64,000 bases of DNA from Endomicrobiia bacterium. GTDB lineage: Bacteria > Elusimicrobiota > Endomicrobiia > DTEH01. The position numbers and the translations under genes were made by a program. Positions 1 to 12,768 of this stretch are shown piece after piece (the stretch's first letter is position 1; the number at the start of each line of letters is the position of its first letter). The stretch is from NCBI GenBank assembly GCA_039630545.1, contig JBCNUU010000001.1, positions 192,001-256,000 of the forward strand. Reading direction: 5' to 3'. The notes below the pieces were generated by a model. That model was not told the DNA's origin, ran no database searches, and saw only the letters and a list, made by a program, of their open reading frames with translations.

Positions 1-13
1 TTGAATATAAAAA

Positions 14-379
14 GTGACGGAATCAGTGTATCTTCCTTTATATAAATATTATTCAGACAGTATAGAGTTTTCTGGAAACATTCCAAGAAGAAACACCCAA
101 ATATGCAATACTGCACCTCTTGCATTATTAGTTCAAATATTTACTACTTTAGTAGTAGTATTTTTTGAATTTAAAATCACAACTTTACCTATTGGGTTTT
201 CTATTGAAAAAAGTTCTGTGGGTTTAATTTTGTTAGTAAGTTTCTGTACAGGTTTTTATTCAATAATTATAAGATACGCCTGTATAAATAATTTTGTTGC
301 TTCTTTGATACTATTTCAAGTTTTTTTAATTTTTTGTATAATATCACTGATAATGTACGCTGGGAGAGAAAAGACATGA
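14..379 (+). CDS. hypothetical membrane protein
   Basis: 121-aa ORF with about three hydrophobic segments. Its stop overlaps the next ATG (ATGA at 376-379). Start uncertain at the window edge. Confidence 0.45.
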   Translation: MTESVYLPLYKYYSDSIEFSGNIPRRNTQICNTAPLALLVQIFTTLVVVFFEFKITTLPIGFSIEKSSVGLILLVSFCTGFYSIIIRYACINNFVASLILFQVFLIFCIISLIMYAGREKT

Positions 380-903
380 AAAAGAAATGTCTTAAAATAA
401 CTGCTATACTAGTTTTAATTTTTTCATTATTGATTTCTAATTTATTTTCTTCTTCATGGAGTTCATCTAAAAACAATTCCTGTGTAATAGTTAAGGAAAT
501 TCATGAACAAGAAGATGTGGATTCCTTAGTTTTTACTTCAAAAAGAAAAGTTTTAACTAAAAAATCTCCTTTTGTAGCCTTGTTTTTAGCTTTGGTTCCT
601 GGATTTTTCATTCATGGTCTTGGACATTTTTATGCTGGCAAACCGTTGATAGGTAGTGTATTGCTAATATGTGGTGTGGTAGGCACTGTAATGTTAATTA
701 CAGGGATAGTAATGGTATGGTTTTCGGGTGCTATTTTAAGTCCCGGAATTATAGTTTCTATTTTAACAGGAACAAATATTTTTGTTTCCGAAACTGTGAC
801 AGGAATGGTTTTAGGTGTAGAATTAATTAAGTATGGAAGTATTTTGTTTATTGGAAGTTGGTGGATAGATATAATAGGTGCCTATTCATTGTGGGTTATA
901 TAA
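376..903 (+). CDS. TM2-domain-like membrane protein (C-terminus possibly frameshifted, true end may be 970)
   Basis: Signal-peptide-like N-terminus MKKKCLKITAIL and the TM2-like motif KSPFVALFLALVPGFFIHGLGHFYAG. ATG at 376 is preceded by GGGAG. Confidence 0.65.
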   Translation: MKKKCLKITAILVLIFSLLISNLFSSSWSSSKNNSCVIVKEIHEQEDVDSLVFTSKRKVLTKKSPFVALFLALVPGFFIHGLGHFYAGKPLIGSVLLICGVVGTVMLITGIVMVWFSGAILSPGIIVSILTGTNIFVSETVTGMVLGVELIKYGSILFIGSWWIDIIGAYSLWVI

Positions 904-990
904 CAGGAAAATAGATACTCAACCAATAAAAACTGACTATTCTATGCCGTTGCTTCTAGTAAAATTTTAAATCTACAGGAGGACAAATTT

Positions 991-1452
991 ATGTGCGCTA
1001 AAATTTATGAGGGTAAACTCACAGGTAAAGACAAAAAAATATGTATAGTGGTTTCAAGGTTTAATGATTTTATCACTAAAAATATGTTAGAAGGAGCCAT
1101 TGATACTTTAATAAGACATGAAGTAAAACAGGATGACATAGATATTGTCTGGGTACCAGGGAGTTTTGAAATTCCTTATATATGTAAACGGATAGCTTTA
1201 AGCAAAAAATATGATGGGATTATAACAATTGGTGCTATAATAAAAGGTGATACTTCTCATAATGAGTATATAGCTACTGAAGTAACAAAAGGTATAGCAC
1301 AGGTGATGTTAGAAACAAATGTCCCTATTGCTTATGGAATAATTACACCTGATAACTTAGAACAGGCAATTGAGAGAGCTGGAACCAAGCATGGTAACAA
1401 AGGTTCCCAGGCAGCTTTAACACTTTTAGAACTTATAAATTTAAATATTTGA
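991..1452 (+). CDS. ribH: 6,7-dimethyl-8-ribityllumazine synthase
   Basis: Motifs IVVSRFN, WVPGSFEIP, IKGDTSH, QAIERAGTKHGNKG. AGGAGG SD upstream. Confidence 0.97.
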   Translation: MCAKIYEGKLTGKDKKICIVVSRFNDFITKNMLEGAIDTLIRHEVKQDDIDIVWVPGSFEIPYICKRIALSKKYDGIITIGAIIKGDTSHNEYIATEVTKGIAQVMLETNVPIAYGIITPDNLEQAIERAGTKHGNKGSQAALTLLELINLNI

Positions 1453-1465
1453 AAAAAATAGATAA

Positions 1466-4034
<2,569 letters not shown>

Positions 4035-4062
4035 TTTTTTACCTCATCTTCAAGTACTCTAA

Positions 4063-5109
4063 ATGAGCACTATCCTATATTTCATTAAAACTGCTAACAA
4101 AGAGAGTTTTAAGAAAATTCTGGAGAAAATAGATCTTGGATTTATAGATAAAAAAGAATTTGTAGCTTTAAAAACACATTTTGGTGAAAAAGGTTGTGAT
4201 ACTTTTGTACCTTCGGATATGTATAGACCCCTTGTAGATATATTGCTTAAAAAAGAGACACTACCATTTTTTACAGACACAAATACAATTTATACAGGGA
4301 AAAGAGCAAATGCTATAGAACATCTAAAATTAGCAGCTGAGCATGGTTTCAGCTTAAATAAGTTAGGTGTTCCTGTAGTTATAGCAGATGGCTTAAAAGG
4401 TAATGATTATGTAGAAGTAGAAATAAATCTTAAAAATTTTAAAAAAGCAAAAATTGCTTCATGGATTTATTATTCTGATGTCATTATCTGTTTGACACAT
4501 TTTAAAGGTCATATGTTGTTTGGTTTTGGTGGGACACTTAAAAACTTAGGTATGGGTTGTGCAGCAAGGCCTGGCAAGTATTTACTTCATAATGTTTTAA
4601 AACCAAACTTAAAACTGGAAAGATGTATAAGATGTGGAAAGTGTGTTGTTTTTTGTCCGGCAGGAGCTTTAAGTTTAGAAAAAGACAAAAATATTACTCT
4701 TAACTATTCAAGATGTACAGGCTGTGGTGAATGTATTCATACATGTGCATATAAAGTATTTAGCATACCATGGGATTTGTCATATAAAGAAGTCCAGGAG
4801 AGGACGGTAGAATATGCATATGCTGCTGTAAAGAACAAAAAAGTTTTGTTTATTAATTTTCTTTTAAATATTACAAAAGACTGTGATTGTATAAACAAAC
4901 AACAAAGGCCTATAATTAAAGATATAGGAATTGTCATAGGTAGTGACCCTGTTGCTTTAGATTTTGCATCTTTGCAGATGGTTAATTTTTATTATGGAAA
5001 GGATCTTTTTAAAGAACTTTGGCCAGAAATAGATTATTTGTATCAAATTGATTATGCTGAAAAAATAGGTTTGGGCAGAAGAGAATATAAAATAGTAGAG
5101 GTAGAATAA
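4063..5109 (+). CDS. DUF362-family Fe-S protein with a 2x[4Fe-4S] ferredoxin domain
   Basis: KTHFGE, THFKGH...FGGTLKNLGMG, two CxxCxxCxxxC motifs, DCDC, DPVALD. Confidence 0.88.
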   Translation: MSTILYFIKTANKESFKKILEKIDLGFIDKKEFVALKTHFGEKGCDTFVPSDMYRPLVDILLKKETLPFFTDTNTIYTGKRANAIEHLKLAAEHGFSLNKLGVPVVIADGLKGNDYVEVEINLKNFKKAKIASWIYYSDVIICLTHFKGHMLFGFGGTLKNLGMGCAARPGKYLLHNVLKPNLKLERCIRCGKCVVFCPAGALSLEKDKNITLNYSRCTGCGECIHTCAYKVFSIPWDLSYKEVQERTVEYAYAAVKNKKVLFINFLLNITKDCDCINKQQRPIIKDIGIVIGSDPVALDFASLQMVNFYYGKDLFKELWPEIDYLYQIDYAEKIGLGRREYKIVEVE

Positions 5110-5115
5110 ACTTTT

Positions 5116-5586
5116 ATGGAAGATAAACCAAAATTTATAGTAGATTTTATGTGTGGAAGATTAGCGAAATGGTTAAGAATTTTAGGATATGATGCTTATT
5201 TTTTTAATGACACATCAAGAAATAAAATTTTAATTGAAAGTTTAAAAACTCAAAGAATAATTTTGACACGAGATACTCGTTTGAGTAAAAAAAAGGCATA
5301 TAAAATTATTCTTATTAGTTCTGATAAAATAAGGCAGCAAATAAAACAGGTAATAAAAGAACTAAACTTAAAACTAAATCCTGAAGAATTTTTTAGTATA
5401 TGCTCTATTTGTAATAGAAAAATAGAAAAAATAGAAAATAAACAAGAAATAAAAGAAACAGTTCCTATATATGTATATGAAACTGCTAAAGAATTTTATA
5501 AATGTCCTGAATGCAACAGAATTTATTGGCAAGGATCTCATTATGAATTGTTTTTAAAAGAGATTGAAAAAATCCTTCAAAAATGA
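5116..5586 (+). CDS. Mut7-C RNase (PIN-like) domain protein
   Basis: KFIVDFMCGRLAKWLRILGYD, LTRD, CxxC...CxxC, YWQGSH. Confidence 0.9.
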   Translation: MEDKPKFIVDFMCGRLAKWLRILGYDAYFFNDTSRNKILIESLKTQRIILTRDTRLSKKKAYKIILISSDKIRQQIKQVIKELNLKLNPEEFFSICSICNRKIEKIENKQEIKETVPIYVYETAKEFYKCPECNRIYWQGSHYELFLKEIEKILQK

Positions 5587-5641
5587 TAATTTTAACCTCT
5601 GTTACTATATTCTTAAAGAAAGAATACTAATAAGTAATGTA

Positions 5642-6766
5642 ATGAAAGTTCCATTTATTAATTTATCCGCAACTGAAAAGTCCATAAATAACATTATAAA
5701 AAGAAAAATTCTTCAAGTAATAAAAAGAAAAGATTTTATATTGGGTAAAGAAGTTAAACAATTTGAAGAAAATTTTTCTAAATATATTGGATGTAAATAT
5801 ACCGTAGGTGTAGCTTCTGGTTCGGCAGCTTTATTTCTATCATTAAAAGCACTGGATATTAAACCAGGGGATTATGTTGTTACAACACCTTTTACATTCA
5901 CAGCTACAGCTGAATGTATTGTACATTGTAATGCTAAAATTGTATTTGCTGATATAGATGAGAAAACATATAATATTTCTGTAGAGGAAATACACAAATG
6001 TGTAGACAAATTTAAAAGAAAAATTAAGGCAATTATTCCTGTTCATTTATATGGTCTACCATGTGAGATGTACAAAATTATGGAGATATCTAGAGAGTAT
6101 GACATAAAAGTAATTGAAGATGCAGCACAAGCTCACGGAGCTATGTATAATTTCAATGGGTTAAAAAAAATAGTTGGTTCCATAGGTGATACTGGTTGTT
6201 TTAGTTTTTATCCAACAAAAAATTTAAGCTGTTACGGTGACGGTGGAGCAATTACAACTAATGAAGATGAAATATATCACAAGTTGTTAAAGTTGAGAAA
6301 TCATGGAAGAGAAAAACACTATTTTTATAGCCAAATAGGATTTAATTCTCGTTTAGATAATCTTCAGGCAGCTATCCTGTTGGTAAAACTAAAATATTTA
6401 GATAAATGGAATAAAGAACGACAAAAAATAGCTAAAATTTATACTGAAGAACTTAAAGGTGTAGGAGATATAATCACACCTTATATTTCAGACAATGCCA
6501 CTCATGTTTTTCATTTATATGTTATAAGAACAAAACAAAGAGACAAGTTGATGAATTATTTACTTTCAAAAAACATAGGTTGTGCCATCCAGTATGGTGT
6601 ACCTTTACATTTACAACCAGCTTATAAAGGGCTATACGAAACAGCAAACACTTTGACGACTTCAGAAAGAATTTCAAATGAAGTTTTAAGTTTACCTCTT
6701 TATCCTGGTATTAAAGAGTTAGAGTTAGAATGCGTAATAGATTCTATAAAAAAATTTTTCAAGTAA
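5642..6766 (+). CDS. DegT/DnrJ/EryC1/StrS-family PLP-dependent sugar aminotransferase
   Basis: IPVHLYG, IEDAAQAHGA, SFYPTKNL, GDGG. ATG at 5642 (MKVPFINL) preferred over the track's TTG start. Confidence 0.93.
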   Translation: MKVPFINLSATEKSINNIIKRKILQVIKRKDFILGKEVKQFEENFSKYIGCKYTVGVASGSAALFLSLKALDIKPGDYVVTTPFTFTATAECIVHCNAKIVFADIDEKTYNISVEEIHKCVDKFKRKIKAIIPVHLYGLPCEMYKIMEISREYDIKVIEDAAQAHGAMYNFNGLKKIVGSIGDTGCFSFYPTKNLSCYGDGGAITTNEDEIYHKLLKLRNHGREKHYFYSQIGFNSRLDNLQAAILLVKLKYLDKWNKERQKIAKIYTEELKGVGDIITPYISDNATHVFHLYVIRTKQRDKLMNYLLSKNIGCAIQYGVPLHLQPAYKGLYETANTLTTSERISNEVLSLPLYPGIKELELECVIDSIKKFFK

Positions 6767-6781
6767 GGGGGAAAATACATA

Positions 6782-7897
6782 ATGAACATTCTGGTTACAG
6801 GGGGTGCTGGTTTTATAGGTTCGTTTCTTGTTGATGAATTAGTTAGAAGAAAACATAGGGTTATAATATATGATGTTTTAGACAAACAGGTTCATCAAGA
6901 TAAACCGCCATATTATTTAAACAAGAAGGCATCTTTTATACAGGCAGATATTAGAGATTATAATAAACTTAAGCAGATAATTATAAATAACAAAATAGAC
7001 ACTATTTATCATTTAGCTGCAAAAGTTGGAGTTGGGCAGTCACAATATCAAATTAAAGAATATATGGATGTTAATGTAGGAGGGACAAGTAATTTATTAG
7101 ACATAATAGTAAACAACGAGATAAAAATTAAAAAACTCATAGTAGCTTCTTCTATGTCGACTTATGGCGAAGGGATGTATTATTGTAAAAAATGTAGAAT
7201 TACATTTCAGGGAGATCTTCGTCCTAAAGAACAGTTAGAAAAATGTTTTTGGGAAATAATGTGTCCTGAATGTGGAACTGTAACATCTCCCCAGCCAACA
7301 CCTGAAACTTCAAAACAAGTTTGTAATTCAATTTATGCCTTATCAAAAAAAGTTCAAGAAGAAATGTGTATGATTATAGGAAAAACTTATAATATTCCTG
7401 TTGTTGCCTTAAGATTTTTCAATGTCTTTGGTCCAAGGCAGTCACTTTCAAATCCATATACAGGTGTTGCAGCAATTTTTATGTCAAGAATAAAAAATAA
7501 CAAGCCTCCGGTTATATTTGAAGATGGTCTACAAACACGAGATTTTATTTATGTTACAGATGTAGTTCAAGCTTGTCTGCTTGCACTTAAACCTCAGGCA
7601 AATTTTAGAATTTATAATGTTGGTTGTGGAAAGCCGATTAAAATTTTAGATGTTGCAACTACAATTGCAAAACTCTGCAATAAAAATATCTCTCCAGAAA
7701 TTAGAAACAAGTATAGAAAAGGAGATATAAGACATTGTTTTTCTGACATAACTAGAATTAAAAAAGAATTAGGATTTAAGCCTAGGATAACATTTCTTGA
7801 AGGAATAAAAAAACTTGTTAGATGGGCTCAAACAACTCAAGCTAAAGATTTTTATAGTCAGGCAGAAAAAGAGTTAAAACAAAAAGGTTTAATTTGA
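6782..7897 (+). CDS. NAD-dependent epimerase/dehydratase (extended SDR) with a Cys-rich insert
   Basis: TGGAGFIG, YALSK (YxxxK), RFFNVFGPRQ, CKKC...CPEC insert. Confidence 0.92.
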   Translation: MNILVTGGAGFIGSFLVDELVRRKHRVIIYDVLDKQVHQDKPPYYLNKKASFIQADIRDYNKLKQIIINNKIDTIYHLAAKVGVGQSQYQIKEYMDVNVGGTSNLLDIIVNNEIKIKKLIVASSMSTYGEGMYYCKKCRITFQGDLRPKEQLEKCFWEIMCPECGTVTSPQPTPETSKQVCNSIYALSKKVQEEMCMIIGKTYNIPVVALRFFNVFGPRQSLSNPYTGVAAIFMSRIKNNKPPVIFEDGLQTRDFIYVTDVVQACLLALKPQANFRIYNVGCGKPIKILDVATTIAKLCNKNISPEIRNKYRKGDIRHCFSDITRIKKELGFKPRITFLEGIKKLVRWAQTTQAKDFYSQAEKELKQKGLI

Positions 7898-7920
7898 TTT
7901 TTATTTGATTTGTTTTATAT

Positions 7921-8952
7921 ATGAAAATTTTAGTTACTGGTAGTTGTGGTTTTATTGGGACAAACGTTTGTTTGTTTCATTTGAAACGTGGTGACGAAAT
8001 AGTTGGTTTGGATAATTTATCTCGTTGTGGAACAGAATTAAATCTTAACTTTCTTAAGAAGTATTCAAAATTTAAATTTTATAAAGCTGATATTAGACAT
8101 AGAGAAGTTGTTGATAAAATTTTTAAAAGTAATGGAAAGTTTGAAATTATATATCACCTTGCAGCGCAAGTTGCAGTAACCTTTTCAGTTGAAAATCCAA
8201 TCCAAGATTTTGAAGTCAACCTTTTAGGCACTTTGAATTTGCTTGAAGCTACACGGAAATATCAAGCCCAGGCATTTCTTATATTTGCTTCAACAAATAA
8301 AGTTTATGGCAGTATGGAGCATATAAGAATAAAAGAAAAAAATAGCAAGTATTATGCTGTTGATTATCCGAATGGCATTGATGAAAGTTTTAACCTTGAT
8401 TTTCATTCACCATATGGTTGCTCCAAAGGTTCTGCAGATCAGTATGTTAGAGATTATAGCAGAATATATGGACTAAATACAGTGGTATTTCGTCAATCAT
8501 GTATTTATGGGCCCTATCAATTTGGTATTGAAGATCAAGGGTGGGTGGCGTATTTTTGTATACAGGCGAATTTTAACAAACCTATTACAATTTATGGAGA
8601 TGGCAAACAGGTTAGAGATGTTTTGTACATTGACGATTTAATAAATGCGTATTGGCTTGCATATAAGAATAGAAATAAAGTTTCTGGAGAAGTTTTTAAT
8701 ATTGGAGGTGGAAAAAAGAATGTTTTAAGTATTGTTGAGTTTATAAAATATCTTGAAAAGAAATTTAATAAAAAAATTAAATATAAATATGCACCATGGC
8801 GTCCTGGTGATCAAAAATATTTTGTTTCAGACAACAAAAAGTTAAAAAAAATTTTGAACTGGCAACCAAGAGTAAATTTTGAAAAAGGTGTTGAAAAGCT
8901 TATATCATGGATTGAAAAAAATGAACAATCTATAAAAATGGTTATGGAATAA
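7921..8952 (+). CDS. CDP-paratose 2-epimerase (RfbE)-like NDP-sugar epimerase
   Basis: TGSCGFIG, HLAAQVAV, STNKVYG, PYGCSKG, DQGWVA, GKQVRDVL, RPGDQ. Confidence 0.88.
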   Translation: MKILVTGSCGFIGTNVCLFHLKRGDEIVGLDNLSRCGTELNLNFLKKYSKFKFYKADIRHREVVDKIFKSNGKFEIIYHLAAQVAVTFSVENPIQDFEVNLLGTLNLLEATRKYQAQAFLIFASTNKVYGSMEHIRIKEKNSKYYAVDYPNGIDESFNLDFHSPYGCSKGSADQYVRDYSRIYGLNTVVFRQSCIYGPYQFGIEDQGWVAYFCIQANFNKPITIYGDGKQVRDVLYIDDLINAYWLAYKNRNKVSGEVFNIGGGKKNVLSIVEFIKYLEKKFNKKIKYKYAPWRPGDQKYFVSDNKKLKKILNWQPRVNFEKGVEKLISWIEKNEQSIKMVME

Positions 8953-9042
8953 AGTTATACTAAATTTTTTGCCAGAAGTTTTTATTTTTGAATTGTAATA
9001 ATAAAATTGTGATGAGATAGATATAAAAATTTTACCAAAAAA

Positions 9043-10971
9043 ATGTGTGGTATTACAGGTATATATAGTTTCAACAATAAACAGGTAGAATTTACATTAT
9101 TAAAAAAAATGGCAGATGTTTTGCTCCATCGGGGTCCAGATGAAGAAGGCTTTTACATAAGTAAAAATTTTAATATTGATGAAAAAAAATCTATTCAGGT
9201 TGGCTTAGGAATAAAAAGACTAGCAATTATAGACCTTAAGACAGGTTCTCAGCCTATTCATAATGAAGAAAAAACTGTTTATGTCGTTTGCAATGGAGAA
9301 ATTTATAATTTTATTAATTTAAGAGAAGATTTACAGAAACAGGGACATGTTTTTTATACAAAATCGGATGTTGAAGTTTTAGTACATCTTTATGAAGAAG
9401 AAGGAATTGGGTTTCTATCAAAACTTCGTGGAATGTATGCTTTTGCAATTTGGGATGAAAAAAATAAAAAATTATATCTGGTGCGCGACAGAGTTGGTAA
9501 AAAACCCTTATATTATACACTTCATAATGGAGAACTAATTTTTGGTTCAGAGATTAAATCTATTCTTGTTTACTTAAATAAACAGCCTGAAATAAATTTT
9601 GAAGCGATAGATTTTTTTCTTACCTATCAATATATTCCACAACCCATTACAATTTTTAAAAACATCTACAAACTACCACCTGCTTCATATTTAGTAATTG
9701 ATAGTTCTGGCAGTTATGATATTAAAAAATATTGGCAACTTGATTTCAGAAAAAAAATTAAAATAAATTTTGAAGAAGCAAAACAAAAAATAAGAGATAT
9801 TTTAACAGAAGCTGTCAAACTTAGGTTAATAAGTGATGTGCCACTTGGTGCATTTCTTTCTGGTGGACATGACTCCAGTATTATAGTTGGACTTATGGCA
9901 GAGAGCTCTTCAACAAAAGTAAGAACATTTTCAGTAGGTTTCAAAGAACAGGATTTTTCTGAATTAAAATATGCAAGAATCGTAGCAAAACATTTTAATA
10001 CGGACCATACCGAGATTATAGTTGAACCTAAAATGGTTGAAATTTTACCTAAACTTGTATGGCATTACGACCAACCTTTCGCTGATACTTCTATGATACC
10101 TTCATATTATGTTGCTAATGTAGCAAGAAAACATGTAAAAGTAGCACTTAATGGCGATGGCGGAGATGAGAATTTTTGTGGTTACTTAAGATATCCTGCA
10201 ATAAAAATTTCTTCATTATTCCCATTTGAATTGGTCGGTAAAAATTTTTATGAAAAATTAGGAAACTTAATCCCGCTTGTAGAAACAATTTCTGCTACAC
10301 ATAAACTCAGATTTTTTAGACGGTTTTTTACTGCTTTAGGAAATCCTATTCCTGTAAGAAATGTATTGTGGCATTGTTTTTTTACTAACGAACTTAAAGA
10401 TTTTATTTACTCTGACTTTATGAAAAAAATAGTTAAAAATAATGTTTACAACTATCTTGTAAATACATTTTATTTAGCAAACGCATACGATACAATTGAC
10501 AGAATCTCTTACACAGACATTACCACATATTTGCCAGAGGATTTACTTGTAAAAATGGACATAGCCTCAATGGCCAACTCTCTTGAGGCACGTTCTCCAT
10601 TTTTAGATTATAAACTTTTAGAATTTACCGCATCTATTCCTTCAAGCTGGAAACTAAAGTTTGGATTTAAGACAAAATATATTCTTAAAGAAACATTTAA
10701 AAATTTTTTACCTAAGCAAATACTTAAACGGAGCAAAAAAGGTTTTGGATTGCCTGTTAGTGAATGGCTAAAATCATCTCTTAAGGATTATGTGAAAGAA
10801 ATTCTTTTATCTGAAAAGTTTAGAAATCGTAAGTTATTTAATTTCAGAAATATAAAATTTTTAATTGAACAGCATTTTCAAAATATACAAGATCACGGAA
10901 ATAGAATTTTTGCTTTAATTGTCTTAGAAATTTGGTTTCGTATTTTTGTTGAAAAAGAAGACATGTTATGA
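9043..10971 (+). CDS. asnB: asparagine synthase-like (AsnB) glutamine amidotransferase, probably a sugar amidotransferase
   Basis: N-terminal MCGI nucleophile, HRGPD, NGEIYN, FLSGGHDSS, GDGGDE, SLEARSPFLD. Lies inside the glycosylation cluster. Confidence 0.9.
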   Translation: MCGITGIYSFNNKQVEFTLLKKMADVLLHRGPDEEGFYISKNFNIDEKKSIQVGLGIKRLAIIDLKTGSQPIHNEEKTVYVVCNGEIYNFINLREDLQKQGHVFYTKSDVEVLVHLYEEEGIGFLSKLRGMYAFAIWDEKNKKLYLVRDRVGKKPLYYTLHNGELIFGSEIKSILVYLNKQPEINFEAIDFFLTYQYIPQPITIFKNIYKLPPASYLVIDSSGSYDIKKYWQLDFRKKIKINFEEAKQKIRDILTEAVKLRLISDVPLGAFLSGGHDSSIIVGLMAESSSTKVRTFSVGFKEQDFSELKYARIVAKHFNTDHTEIIVEPKMVEILPKLVWHYDQPFADTSMIPSYYVANVARKHVKVALNGDGGDENFCGYLRYPAIKISSLFPFELVGKNFYEKLGNLIPLVETISATHKLRFFRRFFTALGNPIPVRNVLWHCFFTNELKDFIYSDFMKKIVKNNVYNYLVNTFYLANAYDTIDRISYTDITTYLPEDLLVKMDIASMANSLEARSPFLDYKLLEFTASIPSSWKLKFGFKTKYILKETFKNFLPKQILKRSKKGFGLPVSEWLKSSLKDYVKEILLSEKFRNRKLFNFRNIKFLIEQHFQNIQDHGNRIFALIVLEIWFRIFVEKEDML

Positions 10972-12140
10972 AACTATCATTAATGCAAAAAATTGATAAA
11001 ATATTAGGACCTCCTATTTGCACAGTTTTGACTATTTATGATAAAGTTTTATTATTATTAAAAATAAAAAGTCAAAAGAATAATTTCCAATTAGACAACT
11101 GCAGAATTTTAGTCTTAAAATTTTGGGGAATGGGTAGCATTATTCTGGCAATGTCAGTTATAAAGAAAGTTAAAGAACGACTTCCTAATTGTAAGATATA
11201 TTTTTTGACTTTACTTCGTAATAAAGAACTACTCGAAGGGTATAAACACATAATTGATGGATGTGTTTTTCTAGATATAGACAAAAGCTTCCTAAAATTT
11301 ATATATGACTTAATTAAAATTTTAATAACGATTCGAAAATTAAAGTTAAGTCTATTAATAGACTTAGAATTTTTTACAAGATTTTCTGCGATTATTTCAT
11401 ATCTAAGTGGTGTAAAAAATAAAGCAGGCTTTGCAGCATGGGAGGTTTGGAGGGGTTTTCTTCATACAACAACAGTTCCATTCAATAGATATTGGCATGT
11501 AAAGAAAAATTTTACAAATTTAATTTCTAAAGCGCTTAAAAAAGATATAGATTTTGATAGTAAGTTATACCCACCTTATTTTGAATTTGAATCTGAAAAT
11601 ATCAAAAAGTTTGATTTTCATAAATACATATCAATTAATCCAAATGCTGGAGAATTGGCATTAGAAAGAAGATGGCCATATGAAAACTTTATAAACCTAA
11701 CTAAAAAAATCCTTGATAACTGGGATGGATATGTTGTGTTTTTAGGTACCAAAATGGAAAAAAGATATGTTGAGAAGATTGTTTTGTCTTTAGATTCAAA
11801 AAGAGTAAAAAATTTAGCTGGAGAGTTGTCTTTTAAAGATTTGGTTTTAGTACTTAAAAACTCAATTTTGTTAATCACAAATGATAGTGGACCACTTCAT
11901 TTAGCAGTGGCGTTAGATGTTCCCACAATTTCATTTTTTGGGCCAGAGACTCCTGTTCTTTATGGCCCTTTAGAAAAAAAACACGTAGTGTTTTTCAAAG
12001 ATTTGGATTGTAGTCCGTGTATAAATGTTCACACTGGTAAAATAGTAAGATGTATTAAACCTTTACCAGAATGTATGACAAAAATTTCACCAGAAGAAGT
12101 ATGGAAGACTATAAAAGAAAAAATTTATGCAACAACATAG
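10968..12140 (+). CDS. glycosyltransferase family 9 (heptosyltransferase-like)
   Basis: RRWPYENF, NLAGELS, TNDSGPLHLAVALDVPTISFFGP, C-terminal CSPC. Confidence 0.9.
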   Translation: MKLSLMQKIDKILGPPICTVLTIYDKVLLLLKIKSQKNNFQLDNCRILVLKFWGMGSIILAMSVIKKVKERLPNCKIYFLTLLRNKELLEGYKHIIDGCVFLDIDKSFLKFIYDLIKILITIRKLKLSLLIDLEFFTRFSAIISYLSGVKNKAGFAAWEVWRGFLHTTTVPFNRYWHVKKNFTNLISKALKKDIDFDSKLYPPYFEFESENIKKFDFHKYISINPNAGELALERRWPYENFINLTKKILDNWDGYVVFLGTKMEKRYVEKIVLSLDSKRVKNLAGELSFKDLVLVLKNSILLITNDSGPLHLAVALDVPTISFFGPETPVLYGPLEKKHVVFFKDLDCSPCINVHTGKIVRCIKPLPECMTKISPEEVWKTIKEKIYATT

Positions 12141-12768
12141 TTTACCTTTGGACAAGTTGGTACCAGAATATAGACACAAAATTTGGTTTATAAGAAAATA
12201 TTTTTTAGATAGAATAAAAGTCTCTTTAAGAATTGCAGATATAAAAGACAAAGAAGTAATTCTAGATGTAGGATGTGGAGAAGCAGTTTTATTAAAAGAA
12301 ATTAATAAAATGAAAAAAAATATAGACTATTTTGGAGTGGATATTAATGAAAATATCAGATCTTTATCACTATATTACAGAGGTGAATTTAGAGTATGTA
12401 ATATACAAAATGGTTTACCATTTCAAAATGAATGTTTTGATGTAGTTTTTGCTTTAGATGTATTAGAACATATAAATAATATTGAAAAAGTTTTGAAAGA
12501 AGTTTTTAGAGTGTTAAAAAGCCAAGGTAGATTTGTAGTATGTGGACCTACTGAAAGTATGTGGTATAAATTTTGTAGATTTTTAATAAAAGGGACATTT
12601 TCTTCTAAACATGGACCTTCATCTGGAGAACATGTTTTTAGTATATATGATATTTTTAAAAAAATTGAAGAATTAGGTTTGTTCATTAAAAAGAAAACTC
12701 TACATTTGCCATCTTTTTTACCCAAGAATTTTGCTGGAGTTTTGATAACATTGTATGTTAAAAAATAA
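12127..12768 (+). CDS. class I SAM-dependent methyltransferase
   Basis: ILDVGCGEA, LPFQNECFDVV, DVLEH, RVLK. Confidence 0.9.
   Translation: MQQHSLPLDKLVPEYRHKIWFIRKYFLDRIKVSLRIADIKDKEVILDVGCGEAVLLKEINKMKKNIDYFGVDINENIRSLSLYYRGEFRVCNIQNGLPFQNECFDVVFALDVLEHINNIEKVLKEVFRVLKSQGRFVVCGPTESMWYKFCRFLIKGTFSSKHGPSSGEHVFSIYDIFKKIEELGLFIKKKTLHLPSFLPKNFAGVLITLYVKK

Noticed and set aside
904..990. FMN riboswitch upstream of ribH
   Set aside because: Too short and lacks RFN consensus. It is probably the coding tail of the upstream gene.
5116..5586. Toxin-antitoxin or defence role for the Mut7-C protein and PIN-PhoH (42739-44085)
   Set aside because: No adjacent antitoxin-like ORF or defence genes. Both families are common stand-alone genes.
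5564..5641. Longer N-termini given by the ORF track (also 334, 13920, 39914)
   Set aside because: They overlap upstream genes and precede the family-typical start. Downstream ATGs at 5642, 376, 13947 and 39971 fit better.
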